Assembly: GCA_951406725.2 (NCBI GenBank)
Contig: OX597823.1
Span: forward strand, 46,004,001 to 46,068,000
Source of the DNA: Octopus vulgaris
Taxonomy: Eukaryota
Reading direction: 5' to 3'
DNA: 64,000 nucleotides
The position numbers were made by a program, and so were the translations under genes. Each line of letters opens with the position of its first letter. Position 1 is the first letter of the stretch. The notes under the pieces were generated by a model that was given only the letters and a program-made list of their open reading frames with translations, did no database searches and was not told the DNA's origin. Below are positions 51,243 to 64,000 of this stretch, piece after piece.

Positions 51243-53395
51243 AAGGGACTTCATAAGATAATCGTTTATTTCTTTTATCATCTTTTTTTCTTATTACAAC
51301 TTTGTACCCGACAAAAGTTTCGTTCAGAAGCATACATATATTGAGTTCTACACTAGGTTGTTAGTATCACAATGTCTAAGCAAAATGTATATATATTCGT
51401 AACTTTGGAATGTGTGCAGAATAAAGAAGAATGTAAGACTCGGAGAACAGTCGTGAATATCATTCAAAAATCGAATGAACTTTGGTATCTTTATTAAGTT
51501 ATTCAAAGAAGGGAGAACTGTTTCTTAGAAGAATTTTAGTATAGACTAGAGAGATGATCTTCAGCCACTTCAAGGGAAACATAGCATAAATATAATAAGA
51601 AGTTTCAAACCTTACTAAAAATAATGAGTTGTGTAGAGAAAATATACTTGAATAACTGCAGAAACATCGTATTAGATTCTTCAGTTAATGAAGGTGGTAA
51701 AAATCGCTTGATCGCCTATTCAGTACACCGCACCGCATATAAATGAAACATCAGGAATGATGAGAAATTCAACAGTACTGAAATGTGGTTAAATGAAAAT
51801 AAAATCAAATATTCTGAAGGGATGCATCATTGATAGAATAAACAGTGCTTTTTAGTGAGTCACGTAGCCGAGTTATGATCAGTCAACTCTGTTACAATAT
51901 ATAACCATATTACAGAGTTAACTTACTACCTAACCATGATAATAACGTATATGAGAAATACATGAATAAGTACTATAGCAATGTAGGTATTGCTATAGCA
52001 AAATCAATGACGTTGACACTAACGAAGCTAATGCCGAAGATCAGGCACGGATATCGGCTGATCGCATGTCAGAATCTAATGTAAAAACTCTGCACAAGTT
52101 GTTCGAACTTATTTCTTCGAGATCTCTTTGAAGTCAATGTGATTACAGAAGAAAATGCAAGAGAAAAAAAAAAAGTTATGGTTGTGCAGAACAACTTTTG
52201 ATGGAGAAAACTTTGATACTTGAAATAAATCAATAGCTATAGAATATGGCATAGGTTTATGTAGACGACTAAAAGGCATGTCTTTCTATCGTCTATTCTG
52301 GAATACTAGAGTTAGAAAAAAATCTACAAATAATCAGCAAGTTAGTTATTGAGAAATAGTTGCATAGTTATAGTGGAACAGTTTAAATATAAAAATAGAG
52401 AGCTTTCACAGAAGATTGTCTTCACAATAGTTCTCTTTCTGCTTGTGATAACTCACCTGTCTGAGCCGTTAAGGTGAAGGAATCCTATATAAGGTGATAA
52501 ATGCTTATATTAGAAGATGATAAGTTCTGTGCAAAAAAAAAAAGCTAACTTTAATAATCAGTGTAAATAAAATGAAATACTTGAATTATATTCTGTATGA
52601 ATAAACTGAAATACTTGGTAAGAATATAAACACATCTTTCTTGCCATAACATCATTCAGCTCTATTTGACGAAGAAAAGAATTCATATTAGGATTGTATT
52701 TGTATGCATAAAAGAGTGAACTGTTTTTAAAAAATAAAAAAAAAAACAAACAAAAAAAAGTCGATTATTCTGCGCCAGTTATAACACCAATCAAATGAAT
52801 ATCGAAATAAAAAGAACCCGCCAGCACTTCAAAAACATAGAGTACAGAACCATCGATAATAATATATTTTTGTACCTTCATATTGTAAATCTAGCACTCT
52901 GTCAGTATGTGTAGTATACCGATAATTCGAATATAGAGGACATTCTCACAAAATTGGCTGCATTTTAAATATTTTGGTTCCATATGGTGAAAGAATTGTT
53001 TTGGACAACACGTTTTGTGACTTCAAGGTTAAATGAAACTTGTTTTGAAATGCATCTTGCTACAAAAACAAAAGTTTTATTGTGGTTGAATTTAAAACAC
53101 CTTATTAAAAAATAAAACTTGGATCACAAATATTGACTACAGTCCTCTAAAATATCACATTTAGCAAGTTTAGAAGCAAATATAATGTGTAATTTATTGC
53201 ATATTTGTGCAACAGACTCTTGAAATTGCAATTAGCTGCAAATGTAGAGAGGGGCGAAAATGATGAGCGTTATATATATATATATATATATATCAACAAT
53301 TGAGGTAAAATTAATTAATTAATCAATTTCACCAAGTGTTCAGTATGTTAAGGACTTTGAATTCGCCTTATATATATATATATATAGTATACATA

Positions 53396-53527
53396 AGCGC
53401 AGGCATGGCTGTGTGATAAGAAGCTTGCTTCCCAATCATTTAGTTTTGGGTCTCACTCCTACTACATGGGACATTGGGCAAGTGACTTGTGAGTGGACCT
53501 AGTAGATAGAAACTGAGAGAAGTTTGT

Positions 53528-53614
<87 letters not shown>

Positions 53615-53823
53615 TTGTGTGTTTGTGTCCCATCACCACTTGACAACTGGTACCGTTTTCTATACTGTCCTGTAATTTAGCTCTTCGGCAAAAAGGGAAC
53701 CGATAGAAAATGAACTAGTTTTAAATTAATAAGCACTGGGGTTGATTGTTCGACGAAATCCTGTAAAGTGGTGCCACAGCATAGCCGAAAACCCAAAGAC
53801 TGAAACAAGTAAAAGATGAAAGG
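53396..53823 (+). mobile_element. Family A SINE, diverged
   Basis: GCGCAGGCATGGCTGTGTG head, internal (TG)n and GACTGAAACAAGTAAAAG tail. Confidence 0.78.
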
Positions 53824-54362
53824 TAAAATCTCTCAACTTTTGTGATCAAACTTCGCATGACCAAACTTCGCTGATAAAACTTTGTATGTTGATGTTCGGG
53901 CTAAGTTGTATACAGATTTCCTAATTATGTATTAAATTTTCTCAAATATGCAAATAGATACCCTCACTTTTCAGAGTTTCATCAAAGTTACATTCCTTAA
54001 TAATCCTGTTATGTTTTAATATGTTCGTTGGGAATGTATTATCGTATCTGTCAACTGAAAGCATCTCTTTCAATGAAATATACACTTATACAGCTGCAGA
54101 TGACATTTCTCGATCATTTCTTTGTGTGCTAATCTCGTTATGCACAAAATCTAAGAGCAAGCACTAGTAAAAAGCATATATTGTGTAGTTCAAAAAGAAA
54201 TGAAGAAATGACTAGTGCATTACATCGGTTAGAAAAGGTGTTTATGGCAAAAAAAATTTCGTATGCTTCAAGTAATCTCTAGCACTGTGAAAGGAATTAT
54301 TTTTGAAAGTTGGATACGTGGCAACATTTATAGAATCTATGGCACATAGAGTCATACTGATA

Positions 54363-54875
54363 TCTATATATATAAAACAGTAGTTGTGTGAGTGTCTGTC
54401 CTCTTCGATTTAGATTCCTAACTACTCCCACATTTTGCGGTGCAGTTTAACCAAATTCGGGTATCTTATAGTCGTGATTCATATCAAGCCCGTCTGAGTA
54501 TTAGCGCGCGTCTACAATGAGTCTACGATTTTAAAAATAATTTAACATCATTTTTTATTCCATTTTAATGCATAATTTTTCGTGTGTCGATGGCGGCGGA
54601 GTTGGCGTCCATGGTCAAACCTGCACCTGTTTGCTTCTCCCCCTTCTTCCCTCCCTCGTGAAGCTGAGGGGAAGGGAGTGTAAGGAAATCAACGTCGTAA
54701 ACCGTTGTCAAGGAGACCAGCGTTCTTTTAGAACAACGACTTCATGGCTTGAAGACACCAAAACAGAAATGGCTAAGAAAGCCCGAATTGGCATCTATAA
54801 GGGAAGTAACTCTCTAAAAATGCTTATATAGTTATTTCCCTTACAAAGCCGAGCAACGCCGGGCGATACTGCTAG
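54363..54875 (+). mobile_element. Non-autonomous Helitron (513 bp)
   Basis: A|TCTATATATATAAAAC ... GCCGAGCAACGCCGGGC-GATACTG-CTAG|T. Confidence 0.88.
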
Positions 54876-55994
54876 TAATTCATAAAATGCTCTTGTATAT
54901 ACAACCTAGATCTGCGTCATTGCAAGATGAACGTCTTAAAAACACGATTATGCATAGGTTGTTACCGATGTGGCTGTGTATCATTCTAACGAAGTGATCT
55001 TCTCTTAGTTCGAGATGCCTACAACGGATAGAGCTCGTCATGCAATATTCAAAACACATTATTAAACGTTACTAGAAAGTAGATATATCCATCTTTATAT
55101 TTAACATTCTGCGTTCTCCCGTAGAAATTTGACTGACAAAACAAGAGATTATTTTCATCCGAACATCAGACATTTTAAAGTTCAATGATGTATCATCATA
55201 GCTGGTTGTGCGATATCATGGTCTCATTCACTATTATCAGTGGATGCATTAAGGTTAATATAACAAGTCGCATAGCAGATATAATTCCAGTATTAGTTAA
55301 GTTTCTATGCATTTATTGATAACGCCCACATCTGTCCTATCGCCCTAACAAGGCATCCCTTAATCATATTACTTTACCTTTAGCTTCTTTTGAACTATCT
55401 ATCATATTTTTAAGAAATAGGTTTCATGGTAAATGACTTATTATTAAAATGTAAAATGTTAAGCTAATCTTAAACTGAAATAACAGCTTTCAGTCTTAAT
55501 CACATTTCCTTTATTATTTAATCGTTATCTGTTTCTTAATTTAATTTCAATATAATAGAATTAGGATAGCACAGAGTAATGATAATGTGCACTAAAGAGC
55601 AATATATAGCTACTTATTTCCAGGTACATTCGTTATGCAACGTGATGAAATATCTAAATGTCTGTTTTGATACAGTGTTAGTCTGCCTCATATTAAATGT
55701 TCGAATATGCTACAAATATTGTTCAGCTTCTGGGTATAGCTTACATAATTCAATCCTGAAGATTGACCCAAATCAGTGTTGGATAATATATGAACATTCT
55801 TAAGCTTCTTTTCTAACGAAAGAATTCTCCAGAAAACAGTCCAGAACAATTGTTTATGAAAATTCAAGTCCATTCATCGGCATTGTGATTCAATGTTTTT
55901 TTTTGCTTTTCAAATGTTATTACATTTAACTTATTAAAATTACAACTGATGTCAGGATCGATCGCTGAGTATTTTGAGAAGAATTTGCCAAATA

Positions 55995-56756
55995 ATCTAT
56001 TCTGCTCTAGGCGCAAGACCCCGAAATTTTTTGAGAGGGGTAAGATCGACCCCAGTACGTAACTGGTACTTAATTTATCTAACCCGAAAGGATGAAAAGC
56101 AAAGTCGACCTCGGCGGAATTTAAACTCAGAACGTAAAGACAGATGAAATACCTATTTTTTACTACCCACAAGAGGCTACAGACAGAGGGTACAAGCAAG
56201 GACAGACAAACTGATTAAGGTCGATTATATCGACCCCGGTGCGTAACTGGTACTTATTAAATTGACCCCGAAAGGATGAAAGGCAAAGTCAACCTCGGCG
56301 AAATTTGAACTCAGAACATAAAGACAGACGAAATACCTATTTCTTTACTACCCACAAGGGGCTAAACATAGAGGGGATAAACAAGGACAGACAAAGGGAT
56401 TAAATCGATTACATCGATCCCAGTGCTCAACTGGTACTTATTTTATCGACCCCGAAAGGATGAAAGGTAAAGTCGACCTCAGCAGAATTTGAACTCAGAA
56501 CGTAATGGCAGACGAAATGCCTATTTCTTTACTACCTACAAGGGGCTAAACATAGAGGCGATAAACAAGGACAGACAAACAGATTAAGTCGAGTATATCG
56601 ACCTCCAGTGCGTAACTTGTACTTAATTTAATCGACCCCGAAAGGATGAAAGGCAAAGTCGACCTCGGCGGAATTTGAACTCAGAAAGTAACGGCAGACC
56701 AAATACTGCTAAGCATTTCGCCCGGCGTGCTAACGTTTCTGCCAGCTCGCCGTCTT
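55995..56756 (-). mobile_element. Family B SINE tetramer (units of about 185 bp)
   Basis: Four copies of GAAAGGATGAAA.GCAAAGTC.ACCTC with one complete head at the 56756 end. Confidence 0.9.
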
Positions 56757-57307
56757 GAATTTGTCAAATAATGATATATATCTTCCAAGATATATATATC
56801 ATTATTTCATACTAAACTCAACAGCTTTAGTTACTTATCCTGATGTTATTTGTTAGTTCGATTGATGAAACAAACTGAAAAGAAATCACATGCATTTCAT
56901 CGCTATGGGCTATACATGTATCGGCCTAACTTTTTTTCTGAACATTTTGAAAAATTGCTGCTTGGATACTTCGTTGCTCCATGTTTTTGAAATTGATACA
57001 TCATAGTCAATTTCAATACTAATCAAGCGTTATCGTATATCGATTGCTTTCTAGCTCAACCGAATGAATATAAGGGCGGACACTGATAGTTCACTGTTCG
57101 ATATTCTTGTTGATAAACTTATTGTTGTTGATGATGCAGGTATTACTGCTGTACAACATCACTGCTATTGTTGTAACTGAAGGTAATGTCATATGTAGTG
57201 ATTATGTTGTCAATGCTGCCTCTCTCGCTGCTTGTGTTTCCATCTCAATGCGGTTGATATTGTTAACGTTGCTGATGCTCATGTGACAAATGTTATTATT
57301 ACTATGG

Positions 57308-57704
57308 GGATCTTTTCATTTTGAAGGCCAGATTTTCCTAGTTAACTAAAAAATTTGAAACTTCATATACTGGGAGAAGCCTTTTCGGTAAAATAAAAAG
57401 AAAGAAAATATTCAAAAAATATCGTTAATATTTTTATTGGGCGACGAAATTAATCGATTTAAGAGATATAGCTGTTATTTCTAGCACATGTAGAAGACAG
57501 AAGAAGATATAAATAATTTGAGCTCGAATGCTGCGAGTTCATTGGTTAAAATTCTTAAAATTAAACTACGTTTAAGTTACGAATTACAATTTTGTTTTCA
57601 ATTTTGTTTACAATAATGTTTTCTTTTGACACATTCTACCAGTATACGAAGTTTCAAATTGTTTAGTTAACTAGGAAAATCTGACCTTCAAAATGAAAAG
57701 ATCC
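57308..57704. mobile_element. MITE with ~70-bp TIRs, GG termini and a perfect 9-bp TSD (Merlin- or MULE-like)
   Basis: TTACTATGG|GGATCTTTTCATTTTGAAGG...CCTTCAAAATGAAAAGATCC|TTACTATGG. Confidence 0.88.
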
Positions 57705-57770
57705 TTACTATGGTTTTTGCAGCAATCACTATCATTGTTCTGACCGTTGAACTATTGTTACTAATGATAA

Positions 57771-58380
57771 ATATTCTTTTCTACTCTAGACACAAAGCCC
57801 GAAATTTGTGGAGAGGGGGCCCAGTCGATTAGATCGACCCCAGTGCGTAACTGGTACTATTTAAATGACCCGGAAAGGATGAAAGGCAAAGGCGACTTCG
57901 GCGGAATTTGAACTCGGAACATAAAGGGAGCCGAAATACCTATTTCTTTACTATCTATAAGGGGCTAAACACAGAGAGGACAAACAAGGACAGACAAACG
58001 GATTAAGTCGATTATATCGACCCCAGTGCGTAACTGGTACTTATTTAATCGACCCCGAAAGGCAAAGTCGACCTCGGCGGAATTTGAACTCAGAACGTAG
58101 CGGCAGACGAAATGCCGCTAAGTATTTCGCCCGGCGTGCTAACGTTTCATATTTTTCATTGTTCACAAGGGGTTAAACATGGAGGGGACAAACAAGGACA
58201 GACAAAGGGATTAAGTCGATTACATCGAACCCAGTGCGTAACTTGTATTTAATTTATCGACCCCGAAAGGATGAAAGGCAAAGTCGACCTCGCCAGAATT
58301 TGAACTCAGAACATAACGGCAGACGAAATGCCGCTAAGCATTTCGCCCTCGCGTTAACGTTTCTGCCAGCTCGCCGCCTT
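57771..58380 (-). mobile_element. Family B SINE trimer
   Basis: Three tandem units with a complete head at 58380. Confidence 0.9.
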
Positions 58381-58619
58381 CACTAGCACTAAATATTACA
58401 TGCATAAAAACTGCAGTAATCTAGTTTCAGTAGTCGTAATTAATAATTAATATAAATATCAAGTAGTAGTATAACACCAGAAATAGCAAGAAATGATTAG
58501 TCAGCTGACGATAATAATGTAAAACAATATTCTTTACATTACTACTACAATTATTTATAAGAATCATGTGTGACAAATGTTGATTTGAAATAGCGAAGAA
58601 TATAAAACCATTCTGATCT

Positions 58620-58656
<37 letters not shown>

Positions 58657-58681
58657 CGCTACCGCCACCGCCGCCGCCGCC

Positions 58682-58729
<48 letters not shown>

Positions 58730-58754
58730 GCCACTACTACTACTACTACTACTG

Positions 58755-58806
<52 letters not shown>

Positions 58807-58853
58807 CACTGCTGCTGCTACTACTACTACTACCACTGCTGCTGCTGCTGCTG

Positions 58854-58888
<35 letters not shown>

Positions 58889-58928
58889 GCTGCTGCTGCT
58901 ACTACTACTACCACTGCTGCTGCTGCTG

Positions 58929-58967
<39 letters not shown>

Positions 58968-58968
58968 A

Positions 58969-59002
<34 letters not shown>

Positions 59003-59037
59003 ACTACTACTACCACTGCTGCTGCTGCTGCTGATAA

Positions 59038-59110
<73 letters not shown>
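58620..59110. repeat. Long compound (CTA)n/(CTG)n/(CCA)n microsatellite
   Basis: About 490 bp of triplet repeats, read directly. Confidence 0.95.
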
Positions 59111-59111
<1 letters not shown>

Positions 59112-59409
59112 AGGGCGAATGTGCTTAGTATATTTCAAAAAGCAATGACATTTCAATATTTCAAATAAATTATATATATATAAAATCAGTGGTGCAATTT
59201 ACAACGAGGAGATACGTGGCCTAGTGGTTAGGGTGTTGCATTCAGGACTACAAGGTTGTACTTTCGACTCCCAGGCAGGCTGTTCTTAAGCAAAATGCAC
59301 GATTTAACTGTAAATAGAAAATCTTTTGATGTGCTGGCATTCTGTCTGGCGAAGAATTTTTGGGGGTTACCCCTCCCATGATCCTGTTTACTTTTTCTTT
59401 TTTTTTTTT

Positions 59410-59783
59410 GGCATTGCGTCCGTCCTTACGTTCAGGGTTCAAATTTCGCCGAGGTCGACTTCAATGTCTGTGAAATAAGTGCCAGTTACGCACTGGGTCC
59501 GATACAATTGACTACACCCCACAACCCCAAAGTTTCGTGCTTTGTGCCTATAGTAGACACGATTATTAAAATTGTTATGAAAGCGGCGAGCTGTCAGAAC
59601 CGTTGGCACACCGGGTAAGACACTTAGTGACACTTCGTCCATCCTTACGTTCTGAGTTCAAATTCCGCGACGGTCGACTTTGCCTTTCATCCTTTCGGAG
59701 TCGATGAAATAAGAGTCAGTTATGCACTGGGGTCGATATAATCGACTAGATCCCTCCCCCAAAATTTAGTAGAAAGGATTATT
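59410..59783 (+). mobile_element. Two adjacent family B SINEs
   Basis: Copies at about 59410-59570 (5'-truncated) and 59580-59783. Confidence 0.78.
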
Positions 59784-60229
59784 ACAATTGTGGCACTACT
59801 TTGAAATAACCAAAGATTATTAACGTAGTAATGTTAATATATTTTGAAATTTCCAAAGAAAACTACCTCGAGCTTTTTCATTCTGTATTATAACTTAGAA
59901 TCCATTATTTATAGTTAGCATTTTATTACTCGCTGCATTAAACATATTAATACCAACTTAATTATTGAATTTTATGCGGATAGCGTCGCAACGTATTTCC
60001 ATTGCACCGTCTAATACATTTGCTTAGTGATTTTTTTTTACTTCTGTTTCTCTGAATAAACTATTTATCTCCCAGGCATAATCTAGCCGGTACTTTTTGA
60101 TATTTTAAAATACTCTTTAATTTTGGGTGGGTTATTGTATTTTCTTTTCTTCTTACGCAAACTGTTAAATTGAGCCCGATCATCCTGCACACACACACAA
60201 ACAAACACACTCACTCACACATACATACA

Positions 60230-60816
60230 CGGGAGTACCGACAATTCAATGCCTGACAATTCAACGCCGACAATTTAACGCTAGATAATTTAGAGCATAG
60301 ACAATTCAGCGCATGTGATATATGTAATTTATTATTACAATATATTGGTGTTGGTTGTATCTCTAAAACATATGCACATACAACCTACAAACACAGCAGT
60401 CATAGAATAGATTAACTGTACATAAACATAACGTATACATATATATGAAATATGCACCAGCGATATACATAAACTTATATAAACACGCCCATACGAAACG
60501 ACACAAGCCCCTTCAAAGTATGAACGAGCATATTCCGCCATAAAAAAATAATAGTTCCATAATATCATACGAGTTGACAGATTAGAATATTTGCGAGCAA
60601 TTAGTTATACAATTAAACTCCAAAAGTAGGAATTAAAGGATACAATTTAGTATTTTTAATCGCATTTTTTAAATCTTTGCATGTTTTTACATAAATAATT
60701 GTTTTTAAGCAAATAATTCTCCAAATAGCCTTTAGTTCAGTAAGATACCCTGCTCTGAATTGTCTTGCGTTGAATCGTCGGCGTTGAATTGTCAGGCGCT
60801 CAATTGTCACATCACG
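60230..60816. mobile_element. Non-autonomous DNA element with inverted arrays of ~15-bp subterminal repeats
   Basis: Five GACAATTCAgCGC-like units at left (60240-60312) and four or five reverse-complement units at right (60750-60808). Confidence 0.7.
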
Positions 60817-60840
60817 ATACATCGTCACGTTATATATGTA

Positions 60841-60919
<79 letters not shown>

Positions 60920-61149
60920 TTCTGATTTGTTTGTTTGCCGAAGGGAACAAAATTCAACAAGTAAATAAAGTACTCAATATTCTTCCATGTAGTGTTAACT
61001 TCATAGTTTATAGATTTATAAATTTGTTTTGATATGTTTCATTCATCCAAATGTAATTCCGAAGTGATTTATGTGCGTGCACGAGCACCTGTATACATAT
61101 TACATATATAGGCACGTATCTACTAAACACACGACCGCTGTGTAGTAGT

Positions 61150-61202
<53 letters not shown>

Positions 61203-61311
61203 GCTACTACTGCTACTACTGCTACTACTACTGCTGTGGTAACAGTGGCAGCAGCAGTTATAGTAATTCTAATACCCTTACAGATAGTTACAGAACAAAT
61301 TATGCGCGCGC

Positions 61312-61354
<43 letters not shown>

Positions 61355-61446
61355 TATATAGATATATATATATATATATACACATGTATATATATATATA
61401 TATATGCATGCATCTATCGATATATATAGGCATGTATTCCAACATT

Positions 61447-61543
<97 letters not shown>

Positions 61544-62642
61544 ATAAGTATGTGTGAGTAATCTACGAAACTATTTCCTGAGAGTTTTCTCTGAAGCAAA
61601 ATAATGAAAATTTCCTATTTCTCTTTAGCAAAGAAACAATGGCTCCGAGACATGATTGGAAACGCTGACAGACTTCGATTAAATTTAAATTTTGATATTA
61701 ATTTTATTTCAAATAATCTTTGATCTTAGTCGGAATTTTGATAACGAAACACGTCACAGATTCCATATATTGGTTGTATATGTCAATTTAACAAACCGAA
61801 TTACTTCCATAAACTCGATACCAATTTACTATTGACAGATGTTCTCAACACAAGTTTCAAATATTTAAAATGCCTTGATTCATTTTGAGTGCAGGGGTAA
61901 TAAATTGTGTTTCCGAATATTGAAGATTCGCCTTCCGATTGTCTCTAATTTAAGATGGCACGTTTCAGAAATTAACACTAGGTAAAGTATTAAAGCAATA
62001 ATTTAATCAACTACAAACTTTGAGGATATTTTCCGCATGACTTTCAGGTGCGCTGAACATATGGATACCTACATTTGAACAAAGCACAACATTTATATAG
62101 AAGTCAAAGAAATATGTTGACAAACTGAAACACAAACAACAACTATTCGAAAGTTAAATTAATTTCAGACGTAGTTTAAATAACTAAAGTTTCATCGAGT
62201 TCAAAGACAGTCAAGATAAACACTATATTAAAAGTAAAACAATTTCAAAGCTATGTTGTTAAATCTTGATGATATATAGAAATAGAATCATCTAGAAAAT
62301 ACCCTCAACTGGAAAAAAGGGGATTACTTCTAAAAGAACTATTAATGTAATTCATTTTATAACTTAATTATTGATTGATGTGAAGACAGAACATAGCACA
62401 TAACTAATATATATATATAGAGACCTGGACAACTGCAATGCAAGCTTTCAAATTAGGATATATATATATATATGGTATGAAACGTAAATATATGTTGTTA
62501 CCTCAGATCATACAATTTAAATGTGAACGCATACACACATAATAAAATAGGAAGATGAAATCTTTTGGTCTTATCTATTCTCCATTACACGCGTTTCATT
62601 TATAAATAAGAATTTACCCTAACTTATATAATATACTTTACA

Positions 62643-62795
62643 GAAGCAGGAGTGGTTGTGTGGTAAGCAGCTTGCTTACCAACCACATAGTTCTGAGTTC
62701 AGTCCACTGCGTGGCACCTTGGGCAAGTGTCTTCTACTATAGACTCGGGCCGACCAAAGCCTTGTGAGTGGTAGACGGAAACTGAAAGAAGCCCG
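62643..62795 (+). mobile_element. Family A SINE, 5' half
   Basis: GCAGGAGTGGTTGTGTGGTAAG...GAGTTCAGTCC...CACCTTGGGCAAGTG. Confidence 0.85.
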
Positions 62796-62899
62796 GCGTG
62801 AGGTCTGGGGAACGTGGAGGAAATTCAACGCTACCTCTCCTCCCAAACTATTTGTTTGGATTTGTTGCATCGAGGTAATTATTATAATTATCTCAACCT

Positions 62900-63230
62900 C
62901 TACACTATGTGTCACGAGTAGCATATGGCAAACTGGTCAAGTTCCTAATGAGTAGGAGAGTTATTCTCAAGAGTCCAGAATTCTCCAAAGATGACATGCC
63001 ACCAAGACAATTATTCATCGTATGTCATTATACATTTGATTGTAATACTCCAAGGGAATTTACGACATGCCGGCCACTCTAGAGTATACCAACAACGTAC
63101 TGTTCAAAGCGACGCATGATTTGGACCAGTCCCTAGGCGCTAAGTGCTCATAGGGTTGCTTTTCTCCGTGTACACAACCGGAATATCCTATTTGATATTA
63201 TTTGATATCCAACCATCGGCCGGAACCACA
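62900..63230 (+). mobile_element. Degraded LINE RT fragment
   Basis: SIWQTGQVPNE (cf. IW.TG.VP.EW) and LLFSVYT (cf. PLLFNLY). Confidence 0.4.
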
Positions 63231-64000
63231 AGTTTATCCAACCCTACTTGGTGCATATCTTTTCAAGTACCTACGTATACACATACATATACATACATAC
63301 ATACATTCATACCTACATTCAAACTTGTGTGTGTGTGTGTATACAGTCCACGGGTGAGATCCAGAGATTCTCCGTATAGACGACACTTTGTAGCGCTCAA
63401 ACTTAGACTCCGATGTGTTTACATGGGATCGATTCCACAAGGTAAAAAAAGGCTATAATATGGATGAAGTTGAGCTGGTATAGAGGTATTTATGCGGATA
63501 AACAAATCAGACACATTGACTATATTAAATATTCTAAAAATATTAGTTTCTGTATGTAATACAAAATATGTAAATATGTATAACGAGAGAAATCACAATG
63601 TGGAGAGTTCCAGTAGATGATTTTTTAGGTATAAATATCTAGATATATATATCAATAGGTCCAATTTGCGCAGAGTACAAACGGCAGAAGTTCAAAGATG
63701 GAACATTTGAACGCCTTTGTATTAAGATCTGAAATTCAAGATCTCTAACCAGATGACGGAGATCCATACGGTTGCATATTGTGATAAACTACATCTATTA
63801 ACATGATAATGGATTTCCGAAGCCCCAGTAATCGCCGTTGGATTTAGGACATATTTCCTCCACCATATTAATTTTCTCAGTTGTTTGTACTGTTTTTAAA
63901 TTGGACCTATTAATATGAATATCTACATATCTATACTTCAAAATTCATCATCTGCAAGTCTCCATCTTTTGCTTATTCACTTTAGTGACGTCTGAACTTA

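Noticed and set aside
55995-58380. CRISPR-like repeat/spacer appearance
   Set aside because: The units are ~185-bp SINE bodies without unique spacers, the context is eukaryotic and there are no cas genes.
58564-58914. Poly-Val/Ala ORF (also the poly-L, poly-N and poly-E ORFs at 29548-30195 and 31835-32083)
   Set aside because: Triplet microsatellites lack stops in some frames; there is no exon context.

Overview
AT-rich, microsatellite-dense eukaryotic DNA. I found no host protein-coding gene, so it is probably intronic or intergenic. The tRNA-derived SINE families resemble those I recall from Octopus (coleoid cephalopod); this assignment is an inference. Nearly all recognisable content is mobile DNA: a 5'-truncated Neptune-type Penelope-like element (RT + GIY-YIG), a near-complete IR/DR Tc1 (DD34E), a deleted mariner, DD41D fragments, non-autonomous Helitrons, GG-ended MITEs with 8-9 bp TSDs, several LINE remnants (HERO-like and R4-like RLE, CR1/L2-group, RTE, L1/Tx1) and about 20 SINE copies from three families. 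Most ORFs in the supplied track are microsatellite artefacts. The strongest hidden signal is RNA structure: several unrelated hammerhead ribozyme (HHR) motifs. They include (i) a complete HHR core in a non-canonical, pseudoknotted strand order in the 3' UTR of the HERO-like LINE, (ii) a short tRNA-headed, HHR-bearing element with Penelope-style inversion (SINE/retrozyme hybrid), and (iii) minimal palindromic-stem-III HHRs inside long inverted repeats. SINE multimers with reproducible junctions, a perfect 62-bp palindrome and an old local duplication are also present. All structures were folded by eye.
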